Shown here in pieces: positions 1 to 10,879 of a stretch of 64,000 bases of DNA (position 1 is the first letter of the stretch; each line of letters opens with the position of its first letter). This DNA comes from Octopus vulgaris (lineage: Eukaryota), in assembly GCA_951406725.2 (NCBI GenBank), contig OX597822.1:97712001-97776000 (forward strand), given 5' to 3'. A program made the position numbers and the translations under genes. Below the pieces are notes generated by a model. That model was not told the DNA's origin. It made no database searches and saw only the letters and a list, made by a program, of their open reading frames with translations.

Positions 1-204
1 AGTGGAGGCAGAGATGCCTCTCCTTTACTTGACAATTTATGCACCACATTACAGAAATCACAATCTAAGTATATCTCAAAGCAAAGTCTTTCACTGTCGT
101 ACCATTGAATTACAAATAACGCTCATCTTGTATGCTTGGGTGACTCTACAGCTTCCAAGAGTACAATTGTATTTGTCTTGGCTTAGGAAAAAAATGACTA
201 AATT

Positions 205-884
205 GTAGGGGTTAAGCCCCCATTAAGCAGTCTTACTAATGCCTAAGAAGTTGAAATTTTAGAAATATTTCTTCATTTGTGTCTAATATCTATGGTTAAA
301 ATTTCATCAACAGCAAAAATATATGAATTTTCATGGGGGTTATGGCCTCATTTATGCCCCCTCACTTTCAAACATATACTGCATTACATCTGTCCTTATG
401 CACAGAATATAATTTTAAAATTTCATAAAGATCCATTCAGTACTTTTGACCTAGTTTTGAATCATAAAAGAAATGACTAAAATTTGGGAGTTAAGGCCCC
501 CATTGGGGAGTCTTAGAATCTTCATGAGGAGCGGAAACTTTGGGAGTACTTCTTGGGAATACTTCTTGATGTGTGTCAATTACCTATGGTTGAAATTTCA
601 TCGACATTGGAAATTTATGAATTTTCATGGGGGTTCTGCCCCCTTTAAGCCACCTCAAATTCAAACCAAACATACTGCATTATACCCGCATTGAATCTAA
701 GTTCCAAATATCATAAGGATCCATTCAGTAATTTTGGTCCATGAAATTGTATGAAACATACAGCATCACCCTTCTCCCTAGGCTTGGATTTTGTGTTCCA
801 AATTTCATTAGGATTGGTCAGTAGTCTTTGAATCTATAAGTAACACACGAACACACACAAAGACATTGACTTTTATATAATAGA
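205..884 (-). mobile_element. Non-autonomous Helitron-like element, 5' part, with internal diverged repeats
   Basis: The minus strand starts TCTATTATATAAAAG followed by (GT)-rich sequence, the same style of 5' end as the element at 26347. The motif aaatttcataaagatccattcagta recurs at about 419, 706 and 800. No 3' CTAG end found. Confidence 0.45.
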
Positions 885-974
885 TATAAATATGCACATA
901 TACATACATGTATATATGAGTGTGTGTGTGTTTGTGTGTGTGTATTATATATACACAGAAAGATAGTAGTTTTT

Positions 975-1109
975 TTTTTGATAAGCCTGGTAATTATTCT
1001 ATCAGACTCTTCTTGTCAAACCAGTAAGATATGAGGATGTAAATAAGCCAACAGCAGTTGTCAAGCAGTGATGAGGGAGAAACACAGACACAAAGACACA
1101 CACATACAC

Positions 1110-1173
<64 letters not shown>

Positions 1174-1334
1174 GATTGATTTCTTTCAGTCTCTGTCTAT
1201 GAAATCCACTCACAAGGCTTTGGTTGGTCTGAGGCTATAGCATAAGACACATGCCAAGTTACCACATGGTGGGACTGAACCCAGGACCATGTGTTTTGGA
1301 ACTAAGTTACTTACCACACAGCCATACCTGCACC

Positions 1335-1335
<1 letters not shown>
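975..1335 (-). mobile_element. tRNA-derived SINE family A (degenerate copy, internal (CA)n)
   Basis: Matches the reverse complement of the copy at 2983-3388 (aaatccactcacaaggctttgg...gtgggactgaacc...ttaccacacagcc). Confidence 0.8.
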
Positions 1336-1391
<56 letters not shown>

Positions 1392-1840
1392 CATCATCAT
1401 CGTCATCATCATTTAGCGTCCGCTTTCCATGCTGGCATGGGTTGGACGGTTCAACTGGGGTCTGGGAAGCCAGAAGGCTGCACCAGGCCCAGTCTGATCT
1501 GGCAATGTTTCTACAGCTCGAATCCCTTCCTAACGCCAACCACTCCATGAGTGTGGTGGGTGCTTTTTATGTGCCAGACGAGGCTGGTAAACGGCCATGA
1601 TCGGATGGTGCTTTTTACGTGCCACTGGCACAGAGGCCAGGCAAGGCTGGCAATGGCCACGATCGGACGGTGCTTTTTACATGCCACCGGCACGGAGGCC
1701 AGCCAAGGCTGGCAATGGCCACGATTGGATGGTGCTTTTTACATGTCACTGGCACGGAGGCAGTTGGGGTGGTGCTGGCAATGGCCATGTTCGGATGGTT
1801 CTCTTATGTGCCACCGGCAATGGTATCACAGCTACGATTT
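1392..1840 (-). mobile_element. (GAT)n-tailed SINE-like family D with internal ~60-bp tandem units
   Basis: (CAT)n tail, then ttccatgctggcatgggttggacggtt...cccttcctaacgccaaccactcc, then repeats of gtgccaccggcacggaggccag...ggtgcttttt. Same family as 17931-18459. Confidence 0.8.
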
Positions 1841-1911
1841 CCATTGTTGTTGATCGATGTACATATGTGTATATATATATAAATATATGGATGCATGTAT
1901 ATATGTGTATA

Positions 1912-2640
1912 TATTGGGTTGTCCGGAAAGTTTGTGCCAATTTTTAAAGGAAAGAAAAAGGTCAATAAATACTTGCCATTACATTTTTAGTCAACCAAAA
2001 ATGAACCATTTTGCTGCACAATGCATCTCCATCTTTCCTTTAACTTAAAAATACCCTCTTTTCAGAAATGAGGTGGTTTCATGCCAAAAAATTCATCAAG
2101 GTATCTTTTACATCATCCAAGGAATTGAAATTTTTAAAAATTAAGACTATTCTGCAGAGACCTGAATAAGTGGAAATCCGAAGGGGCAATATCTGGTGAA
2201 TATGGCAGGTCGGGTAACACATCCCAGCCGAGCTGCAGCAATTTTTGTCTGCTTCTCAAAGAAACATGCAGTCTTGCAGTATCATGTTGGAAAACAACAC
2301 CCTTCCTGTTGGGCAATTCTGGACATTTCTCTTGAATCGCTGCTTTAAACTCATCCAGTTGTGTGCAGTATTTCTCAGAATAATTGTTTGATTACTTGGG
2401 AGAAGCTCATTGTACAGAATTCCTTTCCAATCCCACCAGACACAAAGCAAGACATTTTTAGGGTGAAGACTCGCTTTTGGGGTGGCTAAGGGTGGCTCAT
2501 GTTGCGTACTCTAGGATCACTTTCTCTGAATATTTCGGTAGATGATCCATTTCTCATCACCTGTCACAATTTGCTTTAAAAAAGGCACATTTTCATTCCA
2601 TTTATAAAGCAAATCACAGATGGAAATGCGACATTAAGAT
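1912..2640 (-). pseudogene. mariner (DD34D) transposase relic with one TIR
   Basis: Frameshifted peptides MLCVWWDWKGILY(N)ELL and VVFQHDTAR...LGWDVLPDLPYSPDIAPSDFHLFRSLQNSL carry the mariner YSPDLAP motif. Terminal sequence TATTGGGTTGTCCGGAAAG at 1912. Confidence 0.9.
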
Positions 2641-2713
2641 ATTTCATATTTTACAAGATTATATATGTATATTTATCAATTTATCTAATTAATTATTTTA
2701 TTGTTTTTATCTT

Positions 2714-2796
2714 TAACCTGAAGAGTGACTATATTTATATTGAAGTGATTTTACTATTAGCATTTCTTAAATATAGCCATGAAACACATGTAGTTA
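2714..2796 (+). ncRNA. Candidate type-I hammerhead ribozyme (Penelope-like-element style)
   Basis: Stem I taac/gtta; core CTGAAGA (2718-2724); stem II gtgactatattta/taaatatagccat; GAAAC (2781-2785); short stem III; GTA cleavage triplet (2790-2792). Confidence 0.6.
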
Positions 2797-2982
2797 TTCT
2801 ACCAAATATATACGTTTTATTTATTATTTTGCACATTACTTAATCATTGGTATATGTTTTATCTTATATTTAATCTTTCTATGAGATGTAATTTATCTAA
2901 ATGGTATAATTTAATTTTTTCATTATTGAATTGATAAAAGGTGTTTTTTTCTAAATTATATATATATATATATATATATATA

Positions 2983-3388
2983 GGCGTAGGAGTGGCTGTG
3001 TGGTAAGTAGCTTGCTTACGAACCACATGTTTCTGGGTTCAGTCCCACTATGTGGCACCTTGGGCAAGTAACTTCTACTATAGCCTCAGGCCGACCAAAG
3101 CCTTGTGAGTGGATTTGATAGTCGGAAACTGAAAGTAGCCCGTCGTATATATGTATATATATGTATGTGTGTGTATGTTTGTGTATCTGTGTTTGTCCCC
3201 CAACATCGCTTGACAACCGATGCTGGTGTGTTTACGTCCCTGTAACCTAGCGGTTCGGCAAAAGATACCGACAGAATAAGTACTAGGCTTACAAAGAATA
3301 AGTCCTGGGGTCGATTTGCTCAACTAAAGGTGGTGCTCCAGCATGGCCACAGTCAAATGACTGAAACAAGTAAAAGAGTAAATGAGTA
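2983..3388 (+). mobile_element. tRNA-derived SINE family A, near full length
   Basis: Head ggcgtaggagtggctgtgtggtaag...gggttcagtccc (A/B-box-like), internal TA/TG microsatellite, 3' end ccagcatggccacagtcaaatgactgaaacaagtaaaaga. About 10 copies in the window. Confidence 0.85.
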
Positions 3389-3460
3389 TATTTTGATATA
3401 TCGTTTGAAGAAAATATAAACCCAAAAGAAGAAGCAGACTTTAAGATGTAGAACAGTTTA

Positions 3461-3706
3461 TATATTAAAAATGGGGAAGAGAAGTGTATGGGATTACCCT
3501 ATGTTTCCTGTCCACAAAGGGTTTAGCTTTATGGCATATCGTCAGATCCCAAAAACCTGTTGGCCCATGACCTGCATGAGGAGGATTTTGAAGAGGTCAT
3601 GGGCCAACGGGGTTTTGGGATCTGACGATACACTATAAAGCTAAACTCTTTATGGACAGGAATCCTAAGGTAATCCCGTAAGCTGGCCTTCCTCGTTTTC
3701 AATATG
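3461..3706. repeat. Long imperfect palindrome (fold-back / MITE-like)
   Basis: Arms of about 110 bp, e.g. tcgtcagatcccaaaaacctgttggcccatgacct versus aggtcatgggccaacggggttttgggatctgacga, with a ~20-nt loop and TA-rich ends. Confidence 0.85.
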
Positions 3707-3721
3707 TATATATATATATAT

Positions 3722-4069
3722 TTGCACCAGCCAGGATCCCTGGTCTGGTGGTACATAAAAAGCACTATCCGACTCGTGGCCGATGCCAGCGCCGCCTCGA
3801 CTGGCTTCCGTGCCGGTGGCATGTAAAATACACCAATCCGACCGTGGCCGTTGCCAGCCTCGCCTGGCACCTGTGCAGGTGGCACGTAAAAAGCACCCAC
3901 TACACTCATGGAGTGGTTGGCGTTAGGAAGGGCATCCAGCTGTAGAAACATTGCCAGATAAGACTGGAGCCTGGTGCAGCCTTCTGGCTTCCCAGATCCC
4001 CGGTCGAACCGTCCAACCCATGCTAGCATGGAGAACGGACGTTAAACGATGATGATGATGATGATGATG
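3722..4069 (+). mobile_element. SINE-like family D, 5'-truncated
   Basis: ...gtggttggcgttaggaagggcatccagctgtagaaac...ggacgttaaac(gat)n; nearly identical to 18100-18459. Confidence 0.85.
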
Positions 4070-4140
4070 ATATATATTAATTAATATCAATTTAAACCAG
4101 TGGCCTAGCCTAGCATATTTAAAAAAATCCGAAATTATAT

Positions 4141-4420
4141 TACATACATATATAAGAGAAATAACCACCAAGGTGGATTTCTAATATACTAGAAGAGGCC
4201 AAATCATATTACCATGAAGAATGTGTTCTCAAGAAATTTCAGTAAATGCCAGAATGTAAAATGAGCCAAATTTTGTACCTTTTCATTTGTCCTGCTTGTT
4301 TTACATTCTGGCGTTTGCTTAAATTTCTTGAGAACACATTCTTCATGGTTAGACGATTTAGCATCTTCTTCTAGCATATTAGGAATCCACATTGGTGGTT
4401 ATTCCTCTTATATATGTATG

Positions 4421-4422
<2 letters not shown>
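4141..4422. repeat. Second long imperfect palindrome (fold-back / MITE-like)
   Basis: Arms of about 125 bp, e.g. accatgaagaatgtgttctcaagaaattt versus aaatttcttgagaacacattcttcatggt. Both ends run into TA/TACA repeats. Confidence 0.85.
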
Positions 4423-4463
<41 letters not shown>

Positions 4464-4508
4464 ACTCGTGTGTTCCTTTTCATCCTTATACATATATATA
4501 TATATATA

Positions 4509-4542
<34 letters not shown>

Positions 4543-4543
<1 letters not shown>

Positions 4544-4760
4544 CATCATCATCATCATCCTAATCATCATTATCATCATCATTTAATATCCATTCTCCTT
4601 GCTGGCATGGGTTGGACAGTTTGGACAGAAAAGAGTTTGCAAGCCAGAGGGCTATGCCAAGTTCTCTTGTCTGTTTTTGGCACGGGTTCTACAGCTGGAT
4701 GCCCTTCCTAATGTGCCAACCACTTTACAGAGTGTATCGGGTGCTTTTTTTATGGTACCA
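4543..4760 (-). mobile_element. SINE-like family D, degenerate 3' part
   Basis: (CAT)n followed by gctggcatgggttggacagt...ctacagctggatgcccttcctaa. Confidence 0.65.
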
Positions 4761-5371
4761 GTATTAGCAGGGTCGCCAAGCTACTTGTATTGAGGGAGGT
4801 GACTTTGTGGCAATTGATGAGAGGTTAAAGGAATAATAGATAGAGAGAGGTGTCTTGCTGTTGAAGAGATACAAGGAAATGCCTGTTGCAGAAGAACGGT
4901 GTAGGAGACTTAAAGAGGAAGATAGAGATGGAGAGTGTGGGGGATATGGTGGTGGATATGTTTCAGGACATACACTGAAGACACAGTAGGAGAGAATATA
5001 AGTAAAGGGATTCAAAGGATTGGACTAGATGGGGGAAACAGCGGGGAAAATTTCATACGAATGTGAGGGGAAATGGTAAGAAATGGGATAGAGGTGGCTG
5101 TAGTAATTGAAGGTGTGTGATAGAGGAGTGGCTCAGGGGAAAAGGGGTTATGCTTGATGTGTGTAGGCATGGGAAGAGATCGGGATGAATGAGGGGTAAG
5201 GATGGAGATGGCATATAGCTGAGAGGAGAGAGAGCATGGCAAGAAGATAGTGAGAAATGGAGGTGGTTTTAAGGACTGCATCGAGCAGAGTGAGGGGAGA
5301 GCAAGGCTGGAAAAAGATAATGAGGAATGGAAATAGTTCTGGTGAGGAAAGAAAAGGGGAAGGTTAGGGAA

Positions 5372-5407
<36 letters not shown>

Positions 5408-5970
5408 TATGTGCCTATTCTGCTCTCAAGTGGGAGCCCGATAATATCAGAGATAAAGAAATGATGAAGGTGCAGAATGAGATGTGGGGGAAGCTTGATG
5501 GGAAGAAGGAATGGAAGCTGGGCAGAGCTTTGCATATACAAGCATGTATCAAGGTTGTTTTAGGATATCAGTTCTGTGGTGATGAGTGGGTTTTCTCAAG
5601 CTCAAGGTGCCAGATATTTTAGTCCTTTGTTATGCAATGTACCACTGTCAGAGGCCCAGTGAAAAAAAAGGCTTACAGTGCATTTGAACTCCTGACCCAT
5701 AATTTGTTGATTTATTTACCTTATCCACTTGTCTCTTTATTTTCTGTAATTAAAATACTTTAATATCCACAGTTAGGCCCACGTTGACTGAATGGAAGCT
5801 AACAAGATTAAATGGTCTTAAGTGAGTTACAAGTCCAAACTTGAACATAGTTTAAATTTTCGATACTTAGTGGAGACTTATTGTGGATTATTGTTGGTTA
5901 TCTGGTAGTGGTAATGGTATTGACGTTGTTGTTGTTGTTGTTGGTGGTGGTGGTATTAGTGGTGGTATTA

Positions 5971-6200
5971 GCGGTGAGCTGGCAGAATCGTTAGCACTCT
6001 CGGCGAAATGCTTAGCAGTATTTCGTCTGCCGCTACGTTCTGAGTTCAAATTCCGCCGAGGTCAACTTTGCCTTTCATCTTTTCGGGGTCGATTAAATAA
6101 GTACCAGTTATGCACTGGGGTCGATGTAATCGACTTAATACCTATGTCTGGCCTTGTTTGTCCCCTCAGTGTTTAGCCCCTTGTGGGTAATAAAGAAATA
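5971..6200 (+). mobile_element. Nin-domain-like tRNA SINE family B (long Tx1-like tail)
   Basis: gagctggcagaatcgttagc...gagttcaaattcc...gcctttcatcttttcggggtcgattaaataagtaccag...ttagccccttgtgggtaataaagaaata. Flanked by ggtattag(c/t)gg. Confidence 0.85.
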
Positions 6201-6475
6201 GGTATTAGTGGTAACAGCGATGATGGCAGTGGTGGTGTTAGTAGTGGTGGTATTGTTGGTGCTATTGGCAGTGTTGGTGGTAGTAGAAGTAAGAGTGGTG
6301 ATGACGTTAGTAGTGGTGACAGTAGTAGTATTGGTGTTTTTTTGTTGTGATGGTTGTGGTGTTGATGGTAACTGTGGTGGAAGTGATAGTGTTGTTGGTG
6401 GTGGTTTGGTGGTGTTGGTGTTGGTTGTAGTAGTGGTGGTGTTATTAGTGGTCTCAATAGTGGTATCAATTACTT

Positions 6476-6685
6476 TTTTTACTCTTTTTACTTGTTTCAG
6501 TCATTCGACTGCGGCCATGCTGAAGCACCGCCTTTTTAGTCGAGCAAATCGACCCCGGGACTTATTCTTTGTAAGCCCAGTACTTATTCTATCGGTCTCT
6601 TTTGCCGAACCGCTAAGTTACGGGGACGTAAACACACCAGTATCGGTTGTCAAGCAATGCTAGGGGGACAAATACAGACACACAA

Positions 6686-6716
<31 letters not shown>

Positions 6717-6887
6717 CATATATACGACGGGCTTCTTTCAGTTTCTGTCTACCAAATCCACTCACAAGGCATTGGTCGGCCTGGGGCTATAGCAGAAGAC
6801 ACTTGACCAAGATGCCACGTAGTGGGACTGAATCCAGAACTATGTGGTTGGTTAGCAAGCTACTTACCACACAGCCACTCCTGCGCC
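6476..6887 (-). mobile_element. tRNA SINE family A
   Basis: Full reverse-complement match to 2983-3388. Confidence 0.9.
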
Positions 6888-7439
6888 CTGATATTAATGA
6901 TATTGGTGGTAGTACTATGTTACTATGGTCAGCCGCTAACCAAACAATCCTAGAATAATAGCATTATTTTAACCTCAGATCAATCCTGACCAAACAAACA
7001 TGATCAAAAGCATTCCATCCATGGCCACCTCATCTTTTTCCTGTGCAGGTAACCCAAGACAACATTATCCAATGTATTTTTTTTCTCAGATGATTGGAAG
7101 TAATTTCAAGGAGAACTGGATGCTATTTCTAGCATATCACATGACCATGCAGAGGCTTCAACACTAGTCCTGTTGCTGATGTGGTTTTATTGTTGGTGCT
7201 AGTGTTGGTGGTGATGATGGTGTGGTAGTGTTATTAATTAATTAATATAATATTAATTGATATTAATTAATTAATATCACAACCTGTGTTAACAGTTAAA
7301 TAAATATAATATTAATTGATATTAATTAATTAATATCAATTTCTACCCTCGTTATTTAACTTTTATTTAACTGTTAACGCAGGTTGTGATGATGGTGATG
7401 GTGGGGTGTTCATATTGTTGGTTTGGTGTTTGTGTAGAT

Positions 7440-7700
7440 CAGTGGTTCCCAAAGTGGGTAGTATTGATCCCCTAGGGGCAGTGGAAAGTTCTATTGAAGA
7501 AAAGCTGGGTGATAAGGGGGTATCGATTCATGTAAAAACAACAAAAGAATGGGTTCGATAGGTTAAGTTTTATTTGTGAAATACAGTTGCTTTGAATTTG
7601 CTTCAGAAAGGGGTCTCTGTTTGTAAGGGTTAGTTGGGGGGGGGGGGGGTGCTAGGAAGGTAGCCTGGGCGTCAAGCCTGAAAACTTTGGGGAACCACGG
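7440..7700. mobile_element. hAT-type MITE
   Basis: TIRs CAGTGGTTCCCAAAGT...actttggggaaccacgg and a perfect 8-bp TSD gtgtagat (7432-7439 and 7701-7708). Confidence 0.85.
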
Positions 7701-7840
7701 GTGTAGATCAAGGTATGAGCAATCTTTTCTTAAGGAGTGGACCACTTGGGACATGATTCAATCATTAGGCAGGCTGTAGTATGAAGAAAATTCAAGGTAA
7801 TTTTTAGTTAGACATGCCATTCACAGAGTCTTGCAGGCTG

Positions 7841-8580
7841 CATCATCATCATCATCACCACCACCTCCACCACCACCACTACCACCACCACCACCACCAC
7901 CACCACCATCATCATCATTTAGCACCTGTTTTCCATGCTGGTTTGGGTAAGATGGTTTGACTGGAGTTGGTAAGCTGGAGAGTTGCACCAGGCCCCAAAG
8001 CTTGTTTTGGCTCGGTTTCTATGACTACATGCCCTTCCAAATGCCATCCACTCTACAGAGTGTACTAGGTGTCACAGGCATGAGTGCCATTTATCTATAT
8101 GTCACTGGCACGGTTGCCTTTTACATGCCACCGACATGGATGCCTTTTATGTGTCACCAGCACAAAGCTCTCTTACATGTCACTGGCACATGTGCCTTTT
8201 ACGTGTCACTGGCACGGGTGCCTCTTATGTGTCATTGACATGAGTGCCTTTCATATGTCGCTGGCAAAGGTGCCTTTTACGTGTCACTGGCACGGGTGCC
8301 TCTTATGTGTCATTGACATGAGTGCCTTTCATATGTCGCTGGCAAAGGTGCCTTTTACGTGTCACTGGCACGGGTGCCTCTTATGTGTCATTGACATGAG
8401 TGCCTTTCATATGTCGCTGGCAAAGGTGCCTTTTATGTGTAACTGGCACAGGTGTCTCATATGTGTCACGAGAAAGGGTGTCGTTTATGTGTCACTGGCA
8501 CGGGTGAATTTTATGTGCCACCAGCATGGATGCTTTCTACATATCTCCAGCATGGGTCCCTTTTATGTATCACCGGTAGT
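7841..8580 (-). mobile_element. SINE-like family D with an expanded 26-bp/78-bp minisatellite
   Basis: (CAT/CAC)n tail and family-D body, then ~26-bp monomers. Three near-perfect 78-bp higher-order units lie at about 8190-8435. Confidence 0.75.
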
Positions 8581-8591
8581 GGAGGTATTAA

Positions 8592-8811
8592 CCCTTTCGT
8601 TACTGTATTTATTTTGCGATGCCCTGTGTTTCTTTCAATTACTTTAAATATAACAAAGAATTTAGTAAAATAACTTCGTTATCATTCAGCTAGTGTTAAG
8701 AGTATAAATTGTGACTAAGGTTTGGTGGAAGATTTTAATCCAAAACTTATGAAAACCAGACATTTATACTCAGAGCCAGAGCTGGTTTCAGCTGGGTTGG
8801 TAACGAAAGGG
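8592..8811. mobile_element. piggyBac-type MITE
   Basis: TIR CCCTTTCGTTAC...GTAACGAAAGGG flanked by TTAA on both sides. A second copy lies at 19839. Confidence 0.9.
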
Positions 8812-9045
8812 TTAATGATAGTGGTGGTGGTGGTGGTGTTGATGGTGGAGATGGTATTAGTGGTGGTGGCATTTAGGGTAGTGGTGGTGGTGGTGACGTT
8901 GATGGTGTTAGTGGTGATGGTAGTGTTTGTGTTGGTGATGGTAGTCATTATGTTGGTATTGGTTGTGCCATATTTATCAGGCTTTAGTAATCAAACAACC
9001 ATTAAGTGAAACAGGAATTCAAAGCTCAGTGACAAACATGACACG

Positions 9046-9340
9046 TCATCATTTTACGTCCGTTTTCCATGCTAGCATGGGTTGGACGGTTCAACTGGGG
9101 TCTGTGAAGCCGGAAGGCTTCATCAGGCCTAGTCAGATCTGGCAGTGTTTCTACGGCTGGATGCCCTTCCTAACGCCAACCACTCCGTGAGTGTAGTGGG
9201 TGCTTTTTACGTGCCACCTACACAGGTGCCAGACAGAGCTGGCAAACGGCCACGAACGGATGGTGTTTTTACGTGCCACCGGCACGGGGCCAGGCGAGGC
9301 TGGCAACGGACATGAACGGATGGTGCTTTTACGTGCTACC
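9046..9340 (-). mobile_element. SINE-like family D, 5'-truncated
   Basis: Same body as 25338-25825. Confidence 0.8.
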
Positions 9341-9665
9341 CATTAACAGAAATATCAAACAGCAGCAGAAACAGCAGTGGCAGTAGTCATAATAGTAGTT
9401 ATAGCAGCAGCAGTAGTAGTAGCAGTAGTAGTAGAAGAGCCAAGGAGGATAACAACAACAATGAAAATGATGATTTCTGATTTAGACAAAAGGCTAGCAA
9501 TTTTAAAGAGAGGGGTTAGCTGATCACATCAACGTCAGTAATTGCTTGGCCCTTTAATCTATTGACCCTTGAGGTATAAAGAGTCCAGAAGAATTTGAAC
9601 TCAGAACATAAAGAGTTGGAAGAAATACTGTTGGGTACTTTTTTTCTGCCTCTCTAATAATTATG

Positions 9666-9967
9666 TTTGTTCCTTCTCGAGCCATGCCTGGCTCATAAGG
9701 GCCGGTTTCCTGGTTTCCTTGCTGTATAGGTTCCCCACCTGGACAGGACGCTGGTTCGTCGCAGGTGAGCTGCAAGATGCAGGAGGAAAGAGTGAGAGAA
9801 AGTTGTGGCGAAAGAGTCAGCAGAAGTTCACCATTACCTTCTGCCGGAGTCGCATGGAGCTTAGGTGTTTCGCTCATAAACACACACATCGCCTGGTCTG
9901 AGATTCAAACCCCGCGATCCCTCGACTGCGAGTCCGCTGCTCTAACCACTAAGCCACATGCCTCCAC
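9666..9967 (-). mobile_element. tRNA-Arg(TCG)-derived SINE family C, tail variant 3
   Basis: Head gtggaggcatgtggcttagtggttagagcagcggacTCGcag. TSD tctaataattatg on both sides. Tail cctgcgacgaaccagcgtcctgtccagg...gaaaccggccc. Confidence 0.8.
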
Positions 9968-10224
9968 TCTAATAATTATGCTGATCTGTCACTGTTCATA
10001 ATAGTAATATCTAATTTAGGCAGAAAGTCAGTAAATTTGAGGGGAGGGGTTAAGTGGGTAATGTCGATTGCAGTGTTTGAATAGTGCATTATATTATTGG
10101 CCCTTGAGGAATGAAAAGTAAAGTTGACCTCAATGGGATTTGAACTTGGAATATAAAGAGCTGGAACAAATAAATATCCAATAGTATTTTTCCCAATGCT
10201 CTAATGAGTCTACCTGCTCACTGT

Positions 10225-10247
10225 AACAACAACAACATCAACAACAA

Positions 10248-10308
<61 letters not shown>

Positions 10309-10320
10309 AATAATAATAAC

Positions 10321-10377
<57 letters not shown>

Positions 10378-10598
10378 CCTTTCTACTATAGGCACAAGGC
10401 CTGAGATTTTTGGGGGAGGGGGCTAGTCAATTTCATCAACCCCAGTGCTCAACTGATACTTATTTCATTGACCCAGAACCCTGAAAGGATGAAAGGCAAA
10501 GTCAACCCTGGTGGAATTTGAACTCAGAACATGGAAATGGATGAAATGCCGCTAAGCATTTAGCGCAGCATGCTAACGTTTCTGCCAGCTTGCTGTCT

Positions 10599-10630
<32 letters not shown>

Positions 10631-10860
10631 ATAATAATAATAATAATCCGTTCTATTATCGGCACAGGGCCTGAAATTTAGTGGGAGGAGACTAGTTGAT
10701 TTCATTGACCCCAGCGTTTCACTGGTACTCAATTTATCAACCTCGATAGGATGAAAGGTAAAGTCAACCTCGGTGGAATTTGAACCCAGAATGTAGCAAC
10801 AGGTGAAATACCACTAAGCATTTTGCCTAGTGTGCTAACAATTCTGCCAGCTCGCTGCCT
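10225..10860 (-). mobile_element. Two tandem Nin-like SINE B copies (short tail) with (AAT)n/(ATT)n tracts
   Basis: cctttctactataggcacaaggcc...gaaaggatgaaaggcaaagtcaac...gaatttgaactcagaac...ctgccagc occurs twice (about 10378-10600 and 10647-10860). Confidence 0.8.
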
Positions 10861-10879
10861 TACTACTACTACTAATAAT

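Noticed and set aside
3529-4029. Recurrent MLAWVGRF... ORF (also at 17978 and 25391)
   Set aside because: Antisense reading of family D repeats; the ORF ends differ between copies.
4800-5620. Purine-rich stretch with several short ORFs
   Set aside because: No recognisable protein motif or termini; probably old low-complexity or TE-derived DNA.
6173-6663. Val-rich and Pro/His-rich ORFs (also 8715-9009)
   Set aside because: Degenerate (GGT/GTA)n low-complexity sequence.
8084-8647. 187-aa Cys/His-repeat ORF and a CRISPR-like periodic array
   Set aside because: A tandem minisatellite with no unique spacers and no cas genes, in a eukaryotic context. The ORF is a by-product of the 78-bp period.
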